Shown: positions 1-8,433 of the stretch, one piece after another
Layout of the letters: the number at the start of each line of letters is the position of its first letter
Numbering within the stretch: position 1 is the first letter of the stretch
Virus record (IMG/VR): IMGVR_UViG_2529293249_000005
Length of the DNA: 14,532 nt
Reading direction: 5' to 3' (one strand)
Origin: a virus
Taxonomy: Duplodnaviria; Heunggongvirae; Uroviricota; Caudoviricetes
Translations under genes and position numbers: made by a program
Notes under the pieces: generated by a model
The model's database searches: none
Told to the model about the DNA's origin: nothing
Seen by the model: the letters and a program-made list of their open reading frames with translations, nothing else

Positions 1-263
1 GGAGAGAAGTCTTTCAGGCCAAGCTGCTTACGATAGGCATCCCACCAACGGGAAAGAAGCTGGTAACGTCCGGCCGCTGTTGATTTGAGTTTGGGGTTTA
101 GCGTGACAAGTTTGCGAGGGTGATCGGAGTAATCAGTGAATAGCTCTCCGCCAACAATGACGTCATAACCATGATTTCTGGTTTTCTGACGTCCGTTATC
201 AGTTCCCTCTGACCACGCCAGCATATCGAGGAACGCCTTACGTTGATTATTGATTTCCACCAT
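1..263 (-). CDS. R: Endolysin R (lambda-type lytic transglycosylase), N-terminal part only; gene continues past the left edge of the window
   Basis: Minus-strand translation from ATG at 263 gives [62 protein letters not shown]..., which I recognise as lambda R. Start overlaps the S stop by 17 nt as in lambda. ORF is shorter than the track threshold so I translated it by hand. Confidence 0.9.
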   Translation of the reverse strand, partial: MVEINNQRKAFLDMLAWSEGTDNGRQKTRNHGYDVIVGGELFTDYSDHPRKLVTLNPKLKSTAAGRYQLLSRWWDAYRKQLGLKDFS

Positions 264-570
264 CTTCTACTCCGGCTTTTTTAGCAGCGAAGCGTTTGAT
301 AAGCGAACCAATCGAGTCAGTACCGATGTAGCCGATGAACACGCTCGTTATATAAGCGAGATTGCTACTTAATCCGGCGAAGTCGAGAAGGTCACGAATG
401 AACCAGGCGATAATGGCGCACATCGTTGCGTCGATTACTGTTTTTGTAAACGCACCGCCATTATATCTTCCGCGAAGGTACGCCATTGCAAACGCAAGGA
501 TTGCCCCGATGCCTTGTTCCTTTGCCGCGAGAATGGCGGCTAACAGGTCATGTTTTTCTGGCATCTTCAT
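247..570 (-). CDS. S: Class I holin S (lambda S107/S105 type)
   Basis: 107-aa [25 protein letters not shown]... matches lambda S as I recall it. Met-Lys-Met dual-start motif (antiholin from Met1 at 570, holin from Met3 at 564). Sits immediately upstream of R. Confidence 0.95.
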   Translation of the reverse strand: MKMPEKHDLLAAILAAKEQGIGAILAFAMAYLRGRYNGGAFTKTVIDATMCAIIAWFIRDLLDFAGLSSNLAYITSVFIGYIGTDSIGSLIKRFAAKKAGVEDGGNQ

Positions 571-1024
571 GTCTTACCCCCAATAAGGGGATTTGCTCTA
601 TTTAATTAGGAATAAGGTCGATTACTGATAGAACAAATCCAGGCTACTGTGTTTAGTAATCAGATTTGTTCGTGACCGATATGCACGGGCAAAACGGCAT
701 GAGGTTGTTAGCGCAACCCCCTGCCACCCGCTTTCACGAAGGTCATGTGTAGAAGGCCGCAGCATAACTATCACTGATGAATTCAGGATAGCCAGAGGCT
801 ACGGCTCAGTTTGGGTTGTGCTATTGCTGGGCGGCGATGACGCCTGTACGCATTTGGTGATTCGGTTCTGCTTCCGGTATTCGCTTAATTCAGCACAACG
901 GAAAGAGCACTGGCTAACCAGGCGCGCCGACTCTTCACGATTATCGACTCAATGCTCTTACCTGTTGTGCAAATAAAAAAAGCCACCGTTGCAACTTAAG
1001 AGTCACTAACGGCAGCTTACATCT

Positions 1025-1537
1025 TTAAACGGTATGATATTTCATTCTGGCTGCCTCAAAAGCCGCAGCGGCAAGTTCGGCAGTGTCATGGTATCCAAGG
1101 TTAATACACTTTCCAGACGCATTAATTCTTGCTCTCCATTTCCCGTACTTAGCATCCCAAGACACGCCACGGTATCCAGATTTATTATTCTTCTGAATTT
1201 TCCTGTTTTGCATATTTTCGGAATGAGTGACAAGACGAAGATTTGATATCCGGTTATCTGTTCTTACCCTGTTGATGTGATCAATAAAACCATCGGGCAT
1301 GGTGCCATAAACAATCAACCATGCCAGTCTGTGAGCAGGGTATGCTTTACCATTAATCATAATCATTAAATACCCATCAGAATTTATTGATGAGCATTTC
1401 TTGAAAGCAAAACGAGAGTTCCATGTCAAAGTGGTCCTCTCTCTCCCCTGCCTCCATCTCCAGTGAAAGTCGCCTGACGATGGATTGTAATCAACAACAG
1501 AAAGCACCATTTCTGGCGTTAATTTTATTTCTTTCAT
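1025..1537 (-). CDS. HNH endonuclease with C-terminal AP2-type DNA-binding domain (homing-endonuclease-like)
   Basis: 170-aa ORF. HNH core ...HINRVRTDNRISNLRLVTHSENMQN... followed by an AP2-like segment SGYRGVSWDAKYGKWRARI...GYHDTAELAAAAFEAA. Lies between the late terminator and S. Family call from motif recognition only. Confidence 0.7.
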   Translation of the reverse strand: MKEIKLTPEMVLSVVDYNPSSGDFHWRWRQGRERTTLTWNSRFAFKKCSSINSDGYLMIMINGKAYPAHRLAWLIVYGTMPDGFIDHINRVRTDNRISNLRLVTHSENMQNRKIQKNNKSGYRGVSWDAKYGKWRARINASGKCINLGYHDTAELAAAAFEAARMKYHTV

Positions 1538-1658
1538 CGCTTTACCTTAGGGATAGAGCCTGTTCGCGTAGATATGACAGCCAAGAGCGGAGCGATGTTT
1601 CCACCACCATATCTCAGGCCCATATCACTAAGACTCTTGTTTTGATTGCACGCGAATG

Positions 1659-1683
1659 CAAAAAAGCCCACAGGAGGTGGGCT
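1659..1683 (-). terminator. Intrinsic terminator downstream of the late promoter (tR'-like)
   Basis: On the minus strand: GCCCACCTCCTGTGGGC hairpin (plus 1666..1682) followed by TTTTTT (plus 1660..1665). About 50-60 nt downstream of the putative late promoter. Confidence 0.55.
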
Positions 1684-1724
1684 TGTGATGGTTGCTGAAT
1701 GCAAAAGCAGCAGCATATGTGAAT

Positions 1725-1754
1725 ATTATGGCTAAATGGCTAATTGCATGTCAA
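1725..1754 (-). promoter_or_regulatory. Putative late promoter pR' (with Q-utilisation site expected nearby)
   Basis: Minus strand TTGACA (plus 1749..1754), 18-nt spacer, CATAAT (plus 1725..1730). The -35 lies in the 3' end of the Q ORF and the -10 just past the Q stop. Confidence 0.45.
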
Positions 1755-2250
1755 GGTTTTTAACAGCAACATGCTTAACTTTCTCAACACGTTTACGCAT
1801 TTTGAAAGCATTTTGCATTGGCTGGTACAAAACAAATAATGACGCTTTCAGGATGTCGTCAATTTCGTTTCTACAGGTTGCCAGTGAAGGTTTTCTCCAT
1901 CCCTCGCCACCACGTCCACACATCTTGCGTGGCTTTGCAGTCGCGTGATAGTAGGATGCAATTGCTCGCTTAGATGAACCATGAGCGTAGTAGCTGAGGA
2001 GGATGCCAAAGGCTTTCTTGTCAATGTACATGACGGAATCGACGACCTGAGAAATCAACATTCCATCATCATCATTGCACATTGGCCTTGTCATAACTCT
2101 TCCCGGCTCTACGCTCTCCATGAACTTCGCTATTACGCTGCTCATGCGCTTTTCCAGACGACCTGAATAAACCCATGCGCCCCACAGTTCAAGCCAGCCA
2201 TTCAGCCACTCATGCTGTTCTTTGGTGAGGTTTAGTTCTCTTATGCCCAC
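1732..2250 (-). CDS. Q: Late-gene antiterminator Q (non-lambda Q family)
   Basis: 172-aa ORF directly after ninI and directly before a promoter-plus-terminator unit, the canonical Q position. Sequence does not resemble lambda Q as I recall it. Assignment rests mainly on synteny. Confidence 0.6.
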   Translation of the reverse strand: MGIRELNLTKEQHEWLNGWLELWGAWVYSGRLEKRMSSVIAKFMESVEPGRVMTRPMCNDDDGMLISQVVDSVMYIDKKAFGILLSYYAHGSSKRAIASYYHATAKPRKMCGRGGEGWRKPSLATCRNEIDDILKASLFVLYQPMQNAFKMRKRVEKVKHVAVKNLDMQLAI

Positions 2251-2912
2251 GCGCCTTCTCCCTGTACCTGAATCAATGTGAGATTTCCGCAGAACACTGC
2301 GCCGGTATCGATATACATCTGGTTGGAAAACTTGAGTGGTTTCACTGCTGGCGTATGACCAAAGATGAACGTGTCCGCGCCTTTGATTTCTTTCACGATC
2401 CCGTCTTGTGAGTTGCTGATTCGTTCGCGGTTCCAGATTACCTGCTGATGATCAACTGGCTTTCCAAACTCGTATTTATCACAAGGATAATCGGCGTGGC
2501 AGATGACATATTTTTTACCTTTGCTCACCAGTTCGATGATTAACGGAAGTTCACCTGCTTTATGGGCAAGAGCTTTAGCCAGAATTTCTTTGTCGTAATC
2601 GAGATTAAAGAACCAGCCACCGCCATTAAGCAGCCAGTGATTGACGTTTCCACGCTCTGATAAGCCATCAATCATCATTTGCTCATGGTTTCCACGTACA
2701 GCTCTGAACCAGGGGAATGTGATTAATTCCAGGCATTCGACGTTCTCTGTACCGCGATCAACCAAATCGCCAACCGAGATAAGCAGGTCTTTTTTGGTGT
2801 CGAATCCTATCGTCTCCAGTTTTTTCATCAGGTTCGTGTAGCATCCGTGCAGATCGCCAACTACCCAAATATTTCGGTATTTGCTGCCATCAATTCTTTC
2901 GTAATAGCGCAT
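2241..2912 (-). CDS. ninI: Ser/Thr protein phosphatase NinI (lambda phosphatase)
   Basis: Track ORF 2241..2987 contains [28 protein letters not shown]...GDLVDRG...GNHE..., the lambda PPase sequence and metallophosphatase motifs. Start placed at Met26 (ATG at 2912) with GGAG upstream; the first 25 codons of the track ORF are treated as read-through. Confidence 0.9.
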   Translation of the reverse strand: MRYYERIDGSKYRNIWVVGDLHGCYTNLMKKLETIGFDTKKDLLISVGDLVDRGTENVECLELITFPWFRAVRGNHEQMMIDGLSERGNVNHWLLNGGGWFFNLDYDKEILAKALAHKAGELPLIIELVSKGKKYVICHADYPCDKYEFGKPVDHQQVIWNRERISNSQDGIVKEIKGADTFIFGHTPAVKPLKFSNQMYIDTGAVFCGNLTLIQVQGEGAWA

Positions 2913-3096
2913 CTCTTTCACTCCATCCGCGATGAACCATGAGAACGTCGTTGACGATGGCGTGCATTTTCCCGTCTTTATCATCAACGTATTTTCTGAC
3001 CGTACCGCGACTACATTTCAGTCTGCGTGCTACTTCTGTCTGGTTTCCGTATGCTTCAACGAGCATGTCTGGAATGGTTTTTACTGAGAACGTCAT
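2890..3096 (-). CDS. ninH: NinH (Fis-like DNA-binding protein)
   Basis: 68-aa [42 protein letters not shown]... matches lambda NinH as I recall it. Start overlaps the ninG stop (ATGA). Confidence 0.9.
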   Translation of the reverse strand: MTFSVKTIPDMLVEAYGNQTEVARRLKCSRGTVRKYVDDKDGKMHAIVNDVLMVHRGWSERDALLRKN

Positions 3097-3704
3097 GCGG
3101 CCTCACTTCTGCTGTTTCGCAGGTCTTTGAGTTTCTGCTGATACTCCGCCTTGATGGCCCTGCACTCTTCGACAGTCCAGCGATGGCGGTTATGGTTTGA
3201 TTCGATTTCGTCTACTGCTTCCTGCCCGATGCGGCTAATCAGTTCGACGCGATACGGAACGAGATTCCCGCTTTTGTGCTGGTTGCACACCACGCATTGC
3301 TTGTGAATATTGCGTTCATCAAATCGGAGTTGAGGTGCCGCAGCAGTTGTCCGGTAATGTCCGGCATCCCACTGAGCAGACGTGAGCGTTCCGCACGAGA
3401 TACATGGTAAGTCGCGGTCTCTTTCTCTGATGAAGGCGTTTACGGCTTGTTGGGCTTGTTTAATCCAGTAACTGCGTGGCTTTAAGGCGAGTTTTCGAAT
3501 CTTAAGTTTATCTTTCTGTTTCTGCTCCTCTCGTCGTCGTTTCTTCTCTGCTGCTTTTTCCGCTTTTTCGCGTTCTTTGCTTCGTCGTTCGAGTGCTATC
3601 TTGGTTCCACACTCTGGAGAGCACCACCACTGATTAGCGAATGCAGGGTGAAACCATTCCCGACATTCTTCGTTTTTACATCGTCTTCGCGCTGGTTTAG
3701 CCAT
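3093..3704 (-). CDS. ninG: NinG / Rap recombination endonuclease
   Basis: 203-aa [36 protein letters not shown]... with a Cys-rich N-terminus, matching lambda NinG. ATG overlaps the ninF stop. Confidence 0.9.
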   Translation of the reverse strand: MAKPARRRCKNEECREWFHPAFANQWWCSPECGTKIALERRSKEREKAEKAAEKKRRREEQKQKDKLKIRKLALKPRSYWIKQAQQAVNAFIRERDRDLPCISCGTLTSAQWDAGHYRTTAAAPQLRFDERNIHKQCVVCNQHKSGNLVPYRVELISRIGQEAVDEIESNHNRHRWTVEECRAIKAEYQQKLKDLRNSRSEAA

Positions 3705-3873
3705 CGTCTTCTTCCTCGTACATTGAGCTATTCGGATCGCTCATCAGTTCTGCACAGCAGTGCTCACACACGTGAACTTCCAGCACATGCAGCTTCTGAC
3801 CGCAGTTAGCGCACGTTAAAGCCCGCTCGACGCTTTCTTTCTGGTATTGAAGGGATTGGGATGGGCTAAGCAT
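3697..3873 (-). CDS. ninF: NinF
   Basis: Hand translation of the minus strand from ATG at 3873: [58 protein letters not shown] (58 aa), matching lambda NinF. Absent from the ORF track because it is under 60 aa. Confidence 0.85.
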   Translation of the reverse strand: MLSPSQSLQYQKESVERALTCANCGQKLHVLEVHVCEHCCAELMSDPNSSMYEEEDDG

Positions 3874-4237
3874 TATTGGCGTCCTGCATCATGAGAAAGA
3901 CAATCATGGCGGCGCGGAGGGGATTTTCATGTATAGCTCGCTTAGATTTACAGTAGGCCACACCGCGTGCACCCCACTCGTCTTCATCGAGATTGATAAT
4001 GCTAATCCTGTATTTTTCAATAATCGGCCATGCGTCTGCTGGGTTTGCGCATGGGTTAAAGGATCCGCGCTCAACTTCTACTTCAACTGCGTCTCCGTTT
4101 ACAATGTCTCCCTCAAATGAGACAAACACCATATCGCCATTCTCACCTTCTTTGTAATCCGGTGATCCGTTATGAATGGCTTCGAATACCGCCACGTTAA
4201 TTTCAAAATCACTTAACTGTGAATAATCCATTGTCAT
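3866..4237 (-). CDS. Hypothetical nin-region protein (possibly NinX-like)
   Basis: Track ORF 3866..4273; start placed at the internal ATG at 4237, which overlaps the ninE stop as ATGA and has GAGG upstream. Acidic ~123-aa protein [24 protein letters not shown]... Not a lambda gene. The NinX naming is a guess from position between ninE and ninF. Confidence 0.55.
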   Translation of the reverse strand: MTMDYSQLSDFEINVAVFEAIHNGSPDYKEGENGDMVFVSFEGDIVNGDAVEVEVERGSFNPCANPADAWPIIEKYRISIINLDEDEWGARGVAYCKSKRAIHENPLRAAMIVFLMMQDANNA

Positions 4238-4410
4238 TTCCTCGCACGATGTCTTAGCCACCGGATATCCCACAGGTGAGCCGTGTAGTTGAAGGTTTTT
4301 ACGTCAGATTCTTTTGGGATTGGCTTGCGTTTATTTCTGGAGCGTTTCGTTGGAAGGTATTTGCAGTTTTCGCAGATGATGTCGGTGATACTTCGTCGCT
4401 GTCGTCTCAT
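4234..4410 (-). CDS. ninE: NinE
   Basis: Track ORF 4234..4455 contains [58 protein letters not shown], matching lambda NinE. Start at Met16 (ATG at 4410) overlaps the ninB stop as ATGA. Confidence 0.85.
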   Translation of the reverse strand: MRRQRRSITDIICENCKYLPTKRSRNKRKPIPKESDVKTFNYTAHLWDIRWLRHRARK

Positions 4411-4817
4411 TCGTACCTCCTGTCGGTAAATCTGACACCCTGACCAATAGCCCATGCTGTCGTGTACTCAATCAGACTTGCCATACGCTTCACGCTCATC
4501 TGCGCGCTACTTTCGCGAATGTTGACGTATTCGCCTTCAAGCCCGGGCAAAACATCAGCTTCCTGCTTTGTAGCCACTGCATGACCGCTGATCAACAAAA
4601 CCTTCCATTGTTCCGGTTTTAACCATTTGTCGCGCCACTGAACTTGCCTAGCGATATCTGCGACCATCGCGTGAAATTTTGCGTTCTGGTCAAGGTTGCG
4701 CTTGTAGTCAGTAATGCGGATGGTGACTGGCTTGTCTTTATCGAGTGGTGTTGCGAGGATGGCATTTATTGCAGCTTGCTGTTGTTGCTTAGTTCGGAGG
4801 AAGATTGTTTGCTTCAT
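4407..4817 (-). CDS. ninB: NinB / Orf-family recombination mediator
   Basis: Track ORF 4407..4865; start at Met17 (ATG at 4817) preceded by AGGAG. Contains ...[22 protein letters not shown]..., the conserved core I recall from lambda NinB (RSLDQNRKLW...SRQVEW). Confidence 0.8.
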   Translation of the reverse strand: MKQTIFLRTKQQQQAAINAILATPLDKDKPVTIRITDYKRNLDQNAKFHAMVADIARQVQWRDKWLKPEQWKVLLISGHAVATKQEADVLPGLEGEYVNIRESSAQMSVKRMASLIEYTTAWAIGQGVRFTDRRYE

Positions 4818-4819
4818 CG

Positions 4820-5137
4820 TTACTCCTTCACTTTGACTCCAACAGCGCGAATCCGTCCTTCGCATTCACTAATTGCGTCGTTATAACCAAATGTGACCCC
4901 ATCCTCGAAATCGGTAGAAAATGCCTCACGCTCTCTTTTTCCAGGACACTCAATCTCGATAGCTGCTCGCGATGCCTGCCACGTTTGCCAGTGGCCTTGA
5001 ACATCGTCCATCACGTATTGACCACCAATATCACCACTGCCAATTTCATGGTGATTTTCAGGGTAACGGATAAGGTCTGAAGATTCGCCTCCACGTCGCA
5101 ACCAACTTTCTTCAAACTGCTTTCTTGATTCGTCCAT
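4820..5137 (-). CDS. Hypothetical protein (acidic, 105 aa)
   Basis: 105-aa ORF with GAGGG about 9 nt upstream of the ATG at 5137. Its stop is followed immediately by the ninB ribosome-binding site. No family recognised. Confidence 0.55.
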   Translation of the reverse strand: MDESRKQFEESWLRRGGESSDLIRYPENHHEIGSGDIGGQYVMDDVQGHWQTWQASRAAIEIECPGKREREAFSTDFEDGVTFGYNDAISECEGRIRAVGVKVKE

Positions 5138-5154
5138 CGATACTTACCCTCAGT

Positions 5155-5361
5155 TCAACTCACAAAACGCCACGCCATTTTTGCTACAGCGACAGGCATA
5201 ACACCGATAATCACCCAGACAAATGCAGCGCCAAACAACGTATACCATGGATCTTTACCGTCATTCACAAGGCGAATGTAGCTATGCAGAACAATAAAAA
5301 ACGTCAGAAGAATCCATCCAACGCCAACGCATTTGAGTGCGACGAGCATAAACTCAGCCAC
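5155..5361 (-). CDS. Small membrane protein (two predicted transmembrane helices)
   Basis: 68-aa ORF with a GTG start at 5361 and GGAG 8 nt upstream. Two hydrophobic stretches (VALKCVGVGWILLTFFIVL and LFGAAFVWVIIGVMPVAV). First gene after the tR2-like terminator. Confidence 0.45.
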   Translation of the reverse strand: MAEFMLVALKCVGVGWILLTFFIVLHSYIRLVNDGKDPWYTLFGAAFVWVIIGVMPVAVAKMAWRFVS

Positions 5362-5376
5362 GATTTACTCTCCCCC

Positions 5377-5408
5377 AAATAAAAAGGCCTGCGATTACCA
5401 GCAGGCCT
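5377..5408 (-). terminator. Intrinsic terminator after the replication genes (tR2-like)
   Basis: On the minus strand: AGGCCTGC-tggtaatc-GCAGGCCT perfect 8-bp stem (plus 5385..5408) followed by TTTTTATTT. The plus strand has no T-run, so it is unidirectional. Confidence 0.65.
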
Positions 5409-5437
5409 GTTATTAGCTCAGTGATGTAGATGGTCAT

Positions 5438-7318
5438 TTAATACTCCGTCACGTTTTCCTGTCGCCACGCCTCGTCATATTCCGATTTCGGCATATTGGC
5501 GATGTAGCTATATGGCGATCCTGATTCAAGTTGCAGGAACTGGTGCGATTGCTCGTCAAGGAACAACGGGACACCACCTTCCCAACCTTCGCCGTTACGT
5601 TGTTTTTCAAGCATCAAAACAGATGCCGGAGATGCCAGTAGCTGTTCGTCCTTCTCTGACATCTTTTCACCACTCTGAACTCTCTGTAACGCTCTCTCGC
5701 GAGCCTTGTTACGCCAGATGATGAAAAGGTTGTCTGTCAGGTCTGTTATCGCTCCAGAGCCTTTTACGTCCATTTTCCCGGTTGGTTTTTCTTCGCTATC
5801 TCCTTTTCTGGAGTGAGTAACGAGAATGACGTGGGAGTTTGTTTTGTTTTTGAAGTCACAAATCGAGTCAACAAATGCTTTCTGCCCGTTATAGTCATCG
5901 TCACCTATGCCGCATTTCATCAGGCTGTCGATGATGAATAACTGGATGCCGTATCGGCGGCGAGCGTAGTCGAATATTTCGATCAGCCTGTCGGCTTTCG
6001 CCGTTCCGGTCAGGCCAAACACCCAAAGTCTTTCGTCATAAAATTTAAATGCAGAGTCAATTTCCAGCACTGGCGGCATCTTGCAGCACGTCGCCTGACG
6101 GGTAAGGCGCTTAAGGAGAATACCAGGCTTCAGCTCAAGTGACGCGATGCACGTCTTCACACCCTGACGCATTGCCTCAAGTGCCATATGCCCGACAACC
6201 TCCGTTTTTCCGTGACCGTTCACACCATTGACCAGCGTCAACTCTGCCTCACGGAACTGGAATTTATCTGCCAGAGATTCCCACGGTGGATTAAACAGAT
6301 ACTGCTGCTTGCCGTAGAAAGCGTTGATAGTGTCCTGGTAAAACTCTCGCGCACTGTAGAGTTCTTCAGGATCGAAGTAGGATGCCGTGCCGATGTACTG
6401 CCAGATTTCATCCTCGGTAACACCGTTCATCAGGCATTCGTTGATGTCTTTGTACGGCAGAGTAACAAGACGGCAACGATGTTCACCGAGTCGGCTTGCG
6501 ATTTCCCTTGCGGCTTCACGACCAACATCATCAACGTCCATCGAGATGAATATTTCCTCAAACCTGTCGAGGTTGTGATACTCAAACTCAATCCACTGTT
6601 GCTTAGCGCCTTTCCCGCCACCAAACGGCACGGATAACGCCGAGATGCCGTATTGCGCATAGCTCATACAATCAATTTCGCCTTCGCAAAGTACAACCGC
6701 CCTCACGCCAGCGTCCAGAGCCTGCCATCCAAACAGACAAGGTTCGCAATCACCTTCTGCCATAATGACTTTCTTCCCGTCCGGTCGCTCAGTGCTGATT
6801 CGCTTGACCTGCAACAACTCACCATCGCGTTTGTACGGAAGCACCAGTGCATCAAGTTCTCGTTCTCCATTCCACACCTTGCCGCTGACAACCTCGTAGC
6901 GCTTTACGACTTCTGGCGATATGCCACGCGATTGCAGGTACTCAAGATGGGATTCTGTTCTGGTAACGTAGCGGGCGATTTTCTTGCGGTCAGGTCTGGA
7001 GAATTTCTTCTCACGTTTGGCATCGAAATGGTGATCGTCATCCTTGATTCCGAGAAAGGCTTTCGCTTCCTGCATAGCCTGATGCAGGTTAATTCCACGA
7101 CATGCCATCCACAAATCAAGCATGTCACCGCCGTCTCCCTCAGCGAAATCAGCCCATTTTTTCTTGCCGCTAAGGTTGACCTTAAGGCTGTTTCCCTTGT
7201 CACCGTTGACGTTACCGGCAACCCACTCATGCCCCTCTTTCTTGCCGTTTGGCAACAGGTGCGGAGCCACCCTGTCAACCTGCGCCCAAAGCAGGTCACT
7301 GAGTTCACTTGGAGTCAT
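5438..7318 (-). CDS. Bifunctional replication protein: toprim primase fused to DnaB/RepA-family helicase (T7 gp4-like architecture)
   Basis: 626-aa ORF. Toprim signatures (VVLCEGEIDCMSYAQYG, ISMDVDDVG), then Walker A (LVNGVNGHGKTEVV) and Walker B (QLFIIDSLMKCG). GAGGG precedes the ATG at 7318. Occupies the lambda P position but is not P. Confidence 0.8.
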   Translation of the reverse strand: MTPSELSDLLWAQVDRVAPHLLPNGKKEGHEWVAGNVNGDKGNSLKVNLSGKKKWADFAEGDGGDMLDLWMACRGINLHQAMQEAKAFLGIKDDDHHFDAKREKKFSRPDRKKIARYVTRTESHLEYLQSRGISPEVVKRYEVVSGKVWNGERELDALVLPYKRDGELLQVKRISTERPDGKKVIMAEGDCEPCLFGWQALDAGVRAVVLCEGEIDCMSYAQYGISALSVPFGGGKGAKQQWIEFEYHNLDRFEEIFISMDVDDVGREAAREIASRLGEHRCRLVTLPYKDINECLMNGVTEDEIWQYIGTASYFDPEELYSAREFYQDTINAFYGKQQYLFNPPWESLADKFQFREAELTLVNGVNGHGKTEVVGHMALEAMRQGVKTCIASLELKPGILLKRLTRQATCCKMPPVLEIDSAFKFYDERLWVFGLTGTAKADRLIEIFDYARRRYGIQLFIIDSLMKCGIGDDDYNGQKAFVDSICDFKNKTNSHVILVTHSRKGDSEEKPTGKMDVKGSGAITDLTDNLFIIWRNKARERALQRVQSGEKMSEKDEQLLASPASVLMLEKQRNGEGWEGGVPLFLDEQSHQFLQLESGSPYSYIANMPKSEYDEAWRQENVTEY

Positions 7319-7422
7319 GATTCCCTCAGATTGAGATTTTTAAACCAGAAATCGACAAACGAAATACTTAACCAGCCGTGGTTATAACCAGCGACCAGTA
7401 GCGATTTGATTTTTGATTTCAT
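7315..7422 (-). CDS. Small ORF (35 aa) bridging the O-like gene and the primase-helicase
   Basis: Hand translation: MKSKIKSLLVAGYNHGWLSISFVDFWFKNLNLRES. ATG at 7422 lies 3 nt after the O-like stop, with AGGTGA upstream. Its TGA stop overlaps the primase-helicase ATG (ATGA). Fills the gap exactly. Confidence 0.35.
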   Translation of the reverse strand: MKSKIKSLLVAGYNHGWLSISFVDFWFKNLNLRES

Positions 7423-7425
7423 GGT

Positions 7426-8286
7426 TCACCTGTCGAAAAACACGTAGCCAGTTTTCGATACGGTGATTGCGGATGATGGTTTGGATTGTGGTTGAATAGT
7501 TTCTGGCTTCTCGTCGTTCCAGCGCTGACCGTTCAGGTAGCTCGATGGTAACAACCTGTCGAATCCGAACTGCTTACCATTCCTGCATGCGATGTCTTCT
7601 GCTAGCATCGTGGCAAACTCGCTTGCCGTACCCCTGGTAGTTTTACGCCATTCCCTGAACTGTGTTCTGAATGCCGAAGCTGCGTTTTTCTTCCCGGCTT
7701 TCCGCATGCCTGCACACCAGAATATTTCCTCGAATGCCTTGTCGGTTTCTTCGTGACGGTCAGGTGATTTTTCACACTCCGTCCGAACACTTTCGGACAT
7801 AGTGTTTTTATTATTTCTTTTTTCTTTTGTAATAGTTTCTTTTGTGTGTCCCTGTTTTGGTGACAGCGCTGTCACCGTTTTGGTGACACTTTTTGTCACC
7901 AATGCAGTGACATTATCACCAGAGTAGTGACACCCTTCGATTTGCCATTCCTCGATGTTCTTGTTAGGCCCGATTTGCTGGCCTTCGCGAAGGATAACCT
8001 TCATCGCGATAAGCTCATTCTTGGCCTTGTTTACCTTCTGTCTTGGCAGCCTGGTAATTTGAGCTAACTGACTATCAGAGATGCGATCCATCTTTTTACC
8101 GTAGCCGTATGTTTTACGGCATATGGCGTGGGCAACCTTGCTCTGATTTTTCGTTAAATCTGCGCCGATAAGCTCTTCATACAGGGCATTTGCAAGACGG
8201 GTATAACCATCTTCAACTTCTGCCACACGACGCTCCACAGGCCGTTGTGAAGGCCTTAAATGTGTTACGGTTGCAAGATTACTCAT
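7426..8286 (-). CDS. Replication initiator, lambda O-like N-terminal domain with a non-lambda C-terminal domain
   Basis: 286-aa ORF. N-terminal third (...[60 protein letters not shown]...GPNKNIEEW) parallels the lambda O N-domain as I recall it. C-terminal half is unrelated to lambda O. AAGGAG precedes the ATG at 8286. Confidence 0.8.
   Translation of the reverse strand: MSNLATVTHLRPSQRPVERRVAEVEDGYTRLANALYEELIGADLTKNQSKVAHAICRKTYGYGKKMDRISDSQLAQITRLPRQKVNKAKNELIAMKVILREGQQIGPNKNIEEWQIEGCHYSGDNVTALVTKSVTKTVTALSPKQGHTKETITKEKRNNKNTMSESVRTECEKSPDRHEETDKAFEEIFWCAGMRKAGKKNAASAFRTQFREWRKTTRGTASEFATMLAEDIACRNGKQFGFDRLLPSSYLNGQRWNDEKPETIQPQSKPSSAITVSKTGYVFFDR
7800..7935. repeat. Putative replication origin inside the O-like gene: iteron array plus AT-rich region
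   Basis: GGTGACA / TGTCACC units recur at about 7859, 7882, 7906 and 7927 (roughly 21-24 bp spacing), including an 18-bp perfect palindrome GGTGACAGCGCTGTCACC (7859..7876). AT-rich stretch 7800..7850 follows. Same arrangement as ori-lambda inside O. Confidence 0.65.
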
Positions 8287-8433
8287 GACCTTTCTCCTTC
8301 TGCATCAGCTTCACTTTTTCCAACTCAGCCCGGAATCGACCAGGCTGCTTGAAGCTGGACAGGAAGCGATCACGTAGTATGTGTTTGTGAATTTTGTCCT
8401 GGTAAGGACTGAGTTGTTTTGTCATAATGACTC

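Noticed and set aside
362-586. 74-aa plus-strand ORF antisense to the holin
   Set aside because: Entirely within S on the opposite strand with no start context. S is well supported.
970-1000. Possible intrinsic terminator just downstream of the HNH gene on the minus strand (T7 run after GGTGGC)
   Set aside because: Only a 5-bp stem with a 17-nt loop can be drawn. The T-run alone is not enough, and a terminator here would block late transcription into S and R.
571-1024. 450-nt noncoding stretch between the HNH gene and S, checked for tRNA genes, small ORFs or toxin genes
   Set aside because: No cloverleaf-like structure and no ORF over about 23 codons with a ribosome-binding site on either strand. 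The S-proximal part reads as an untranslated late leader.
1423-1716. Overlapping ORFs 1423..1698 (+) and 1534..1716 (-) around the late promoter and terminator
   Set aside because: They cover the pR'-tR' hairpin region and the 5' end of the HNH gene. No ribosome-binding sites and implausible low-complexity translations.
2913-2987. N-terminal 25-codon extension of the ninI track ORF; similar upstream extensions on the cro, ninE, ninB, cIII and NinX-like track ORFs
   Set aside because: The recognisable protein begins at an internal ATG with a proper ribosome-binding site and gene-overlap geometry in each case. The extensions are read-through of the upstream gene in another frame.
6653-7387. 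244-aa plus-strand ORF, along with 6188..6637 and several shorter ORFs, antisense to the primase-helicase gene
   Set aside because: They lie wholly inside a long minus-strand gene with clear toprim and Walker motifs, have no convincing ribosome-binding site, and have low-complexity Ser/Leu/Arg-rich translations typical of antisense frames.
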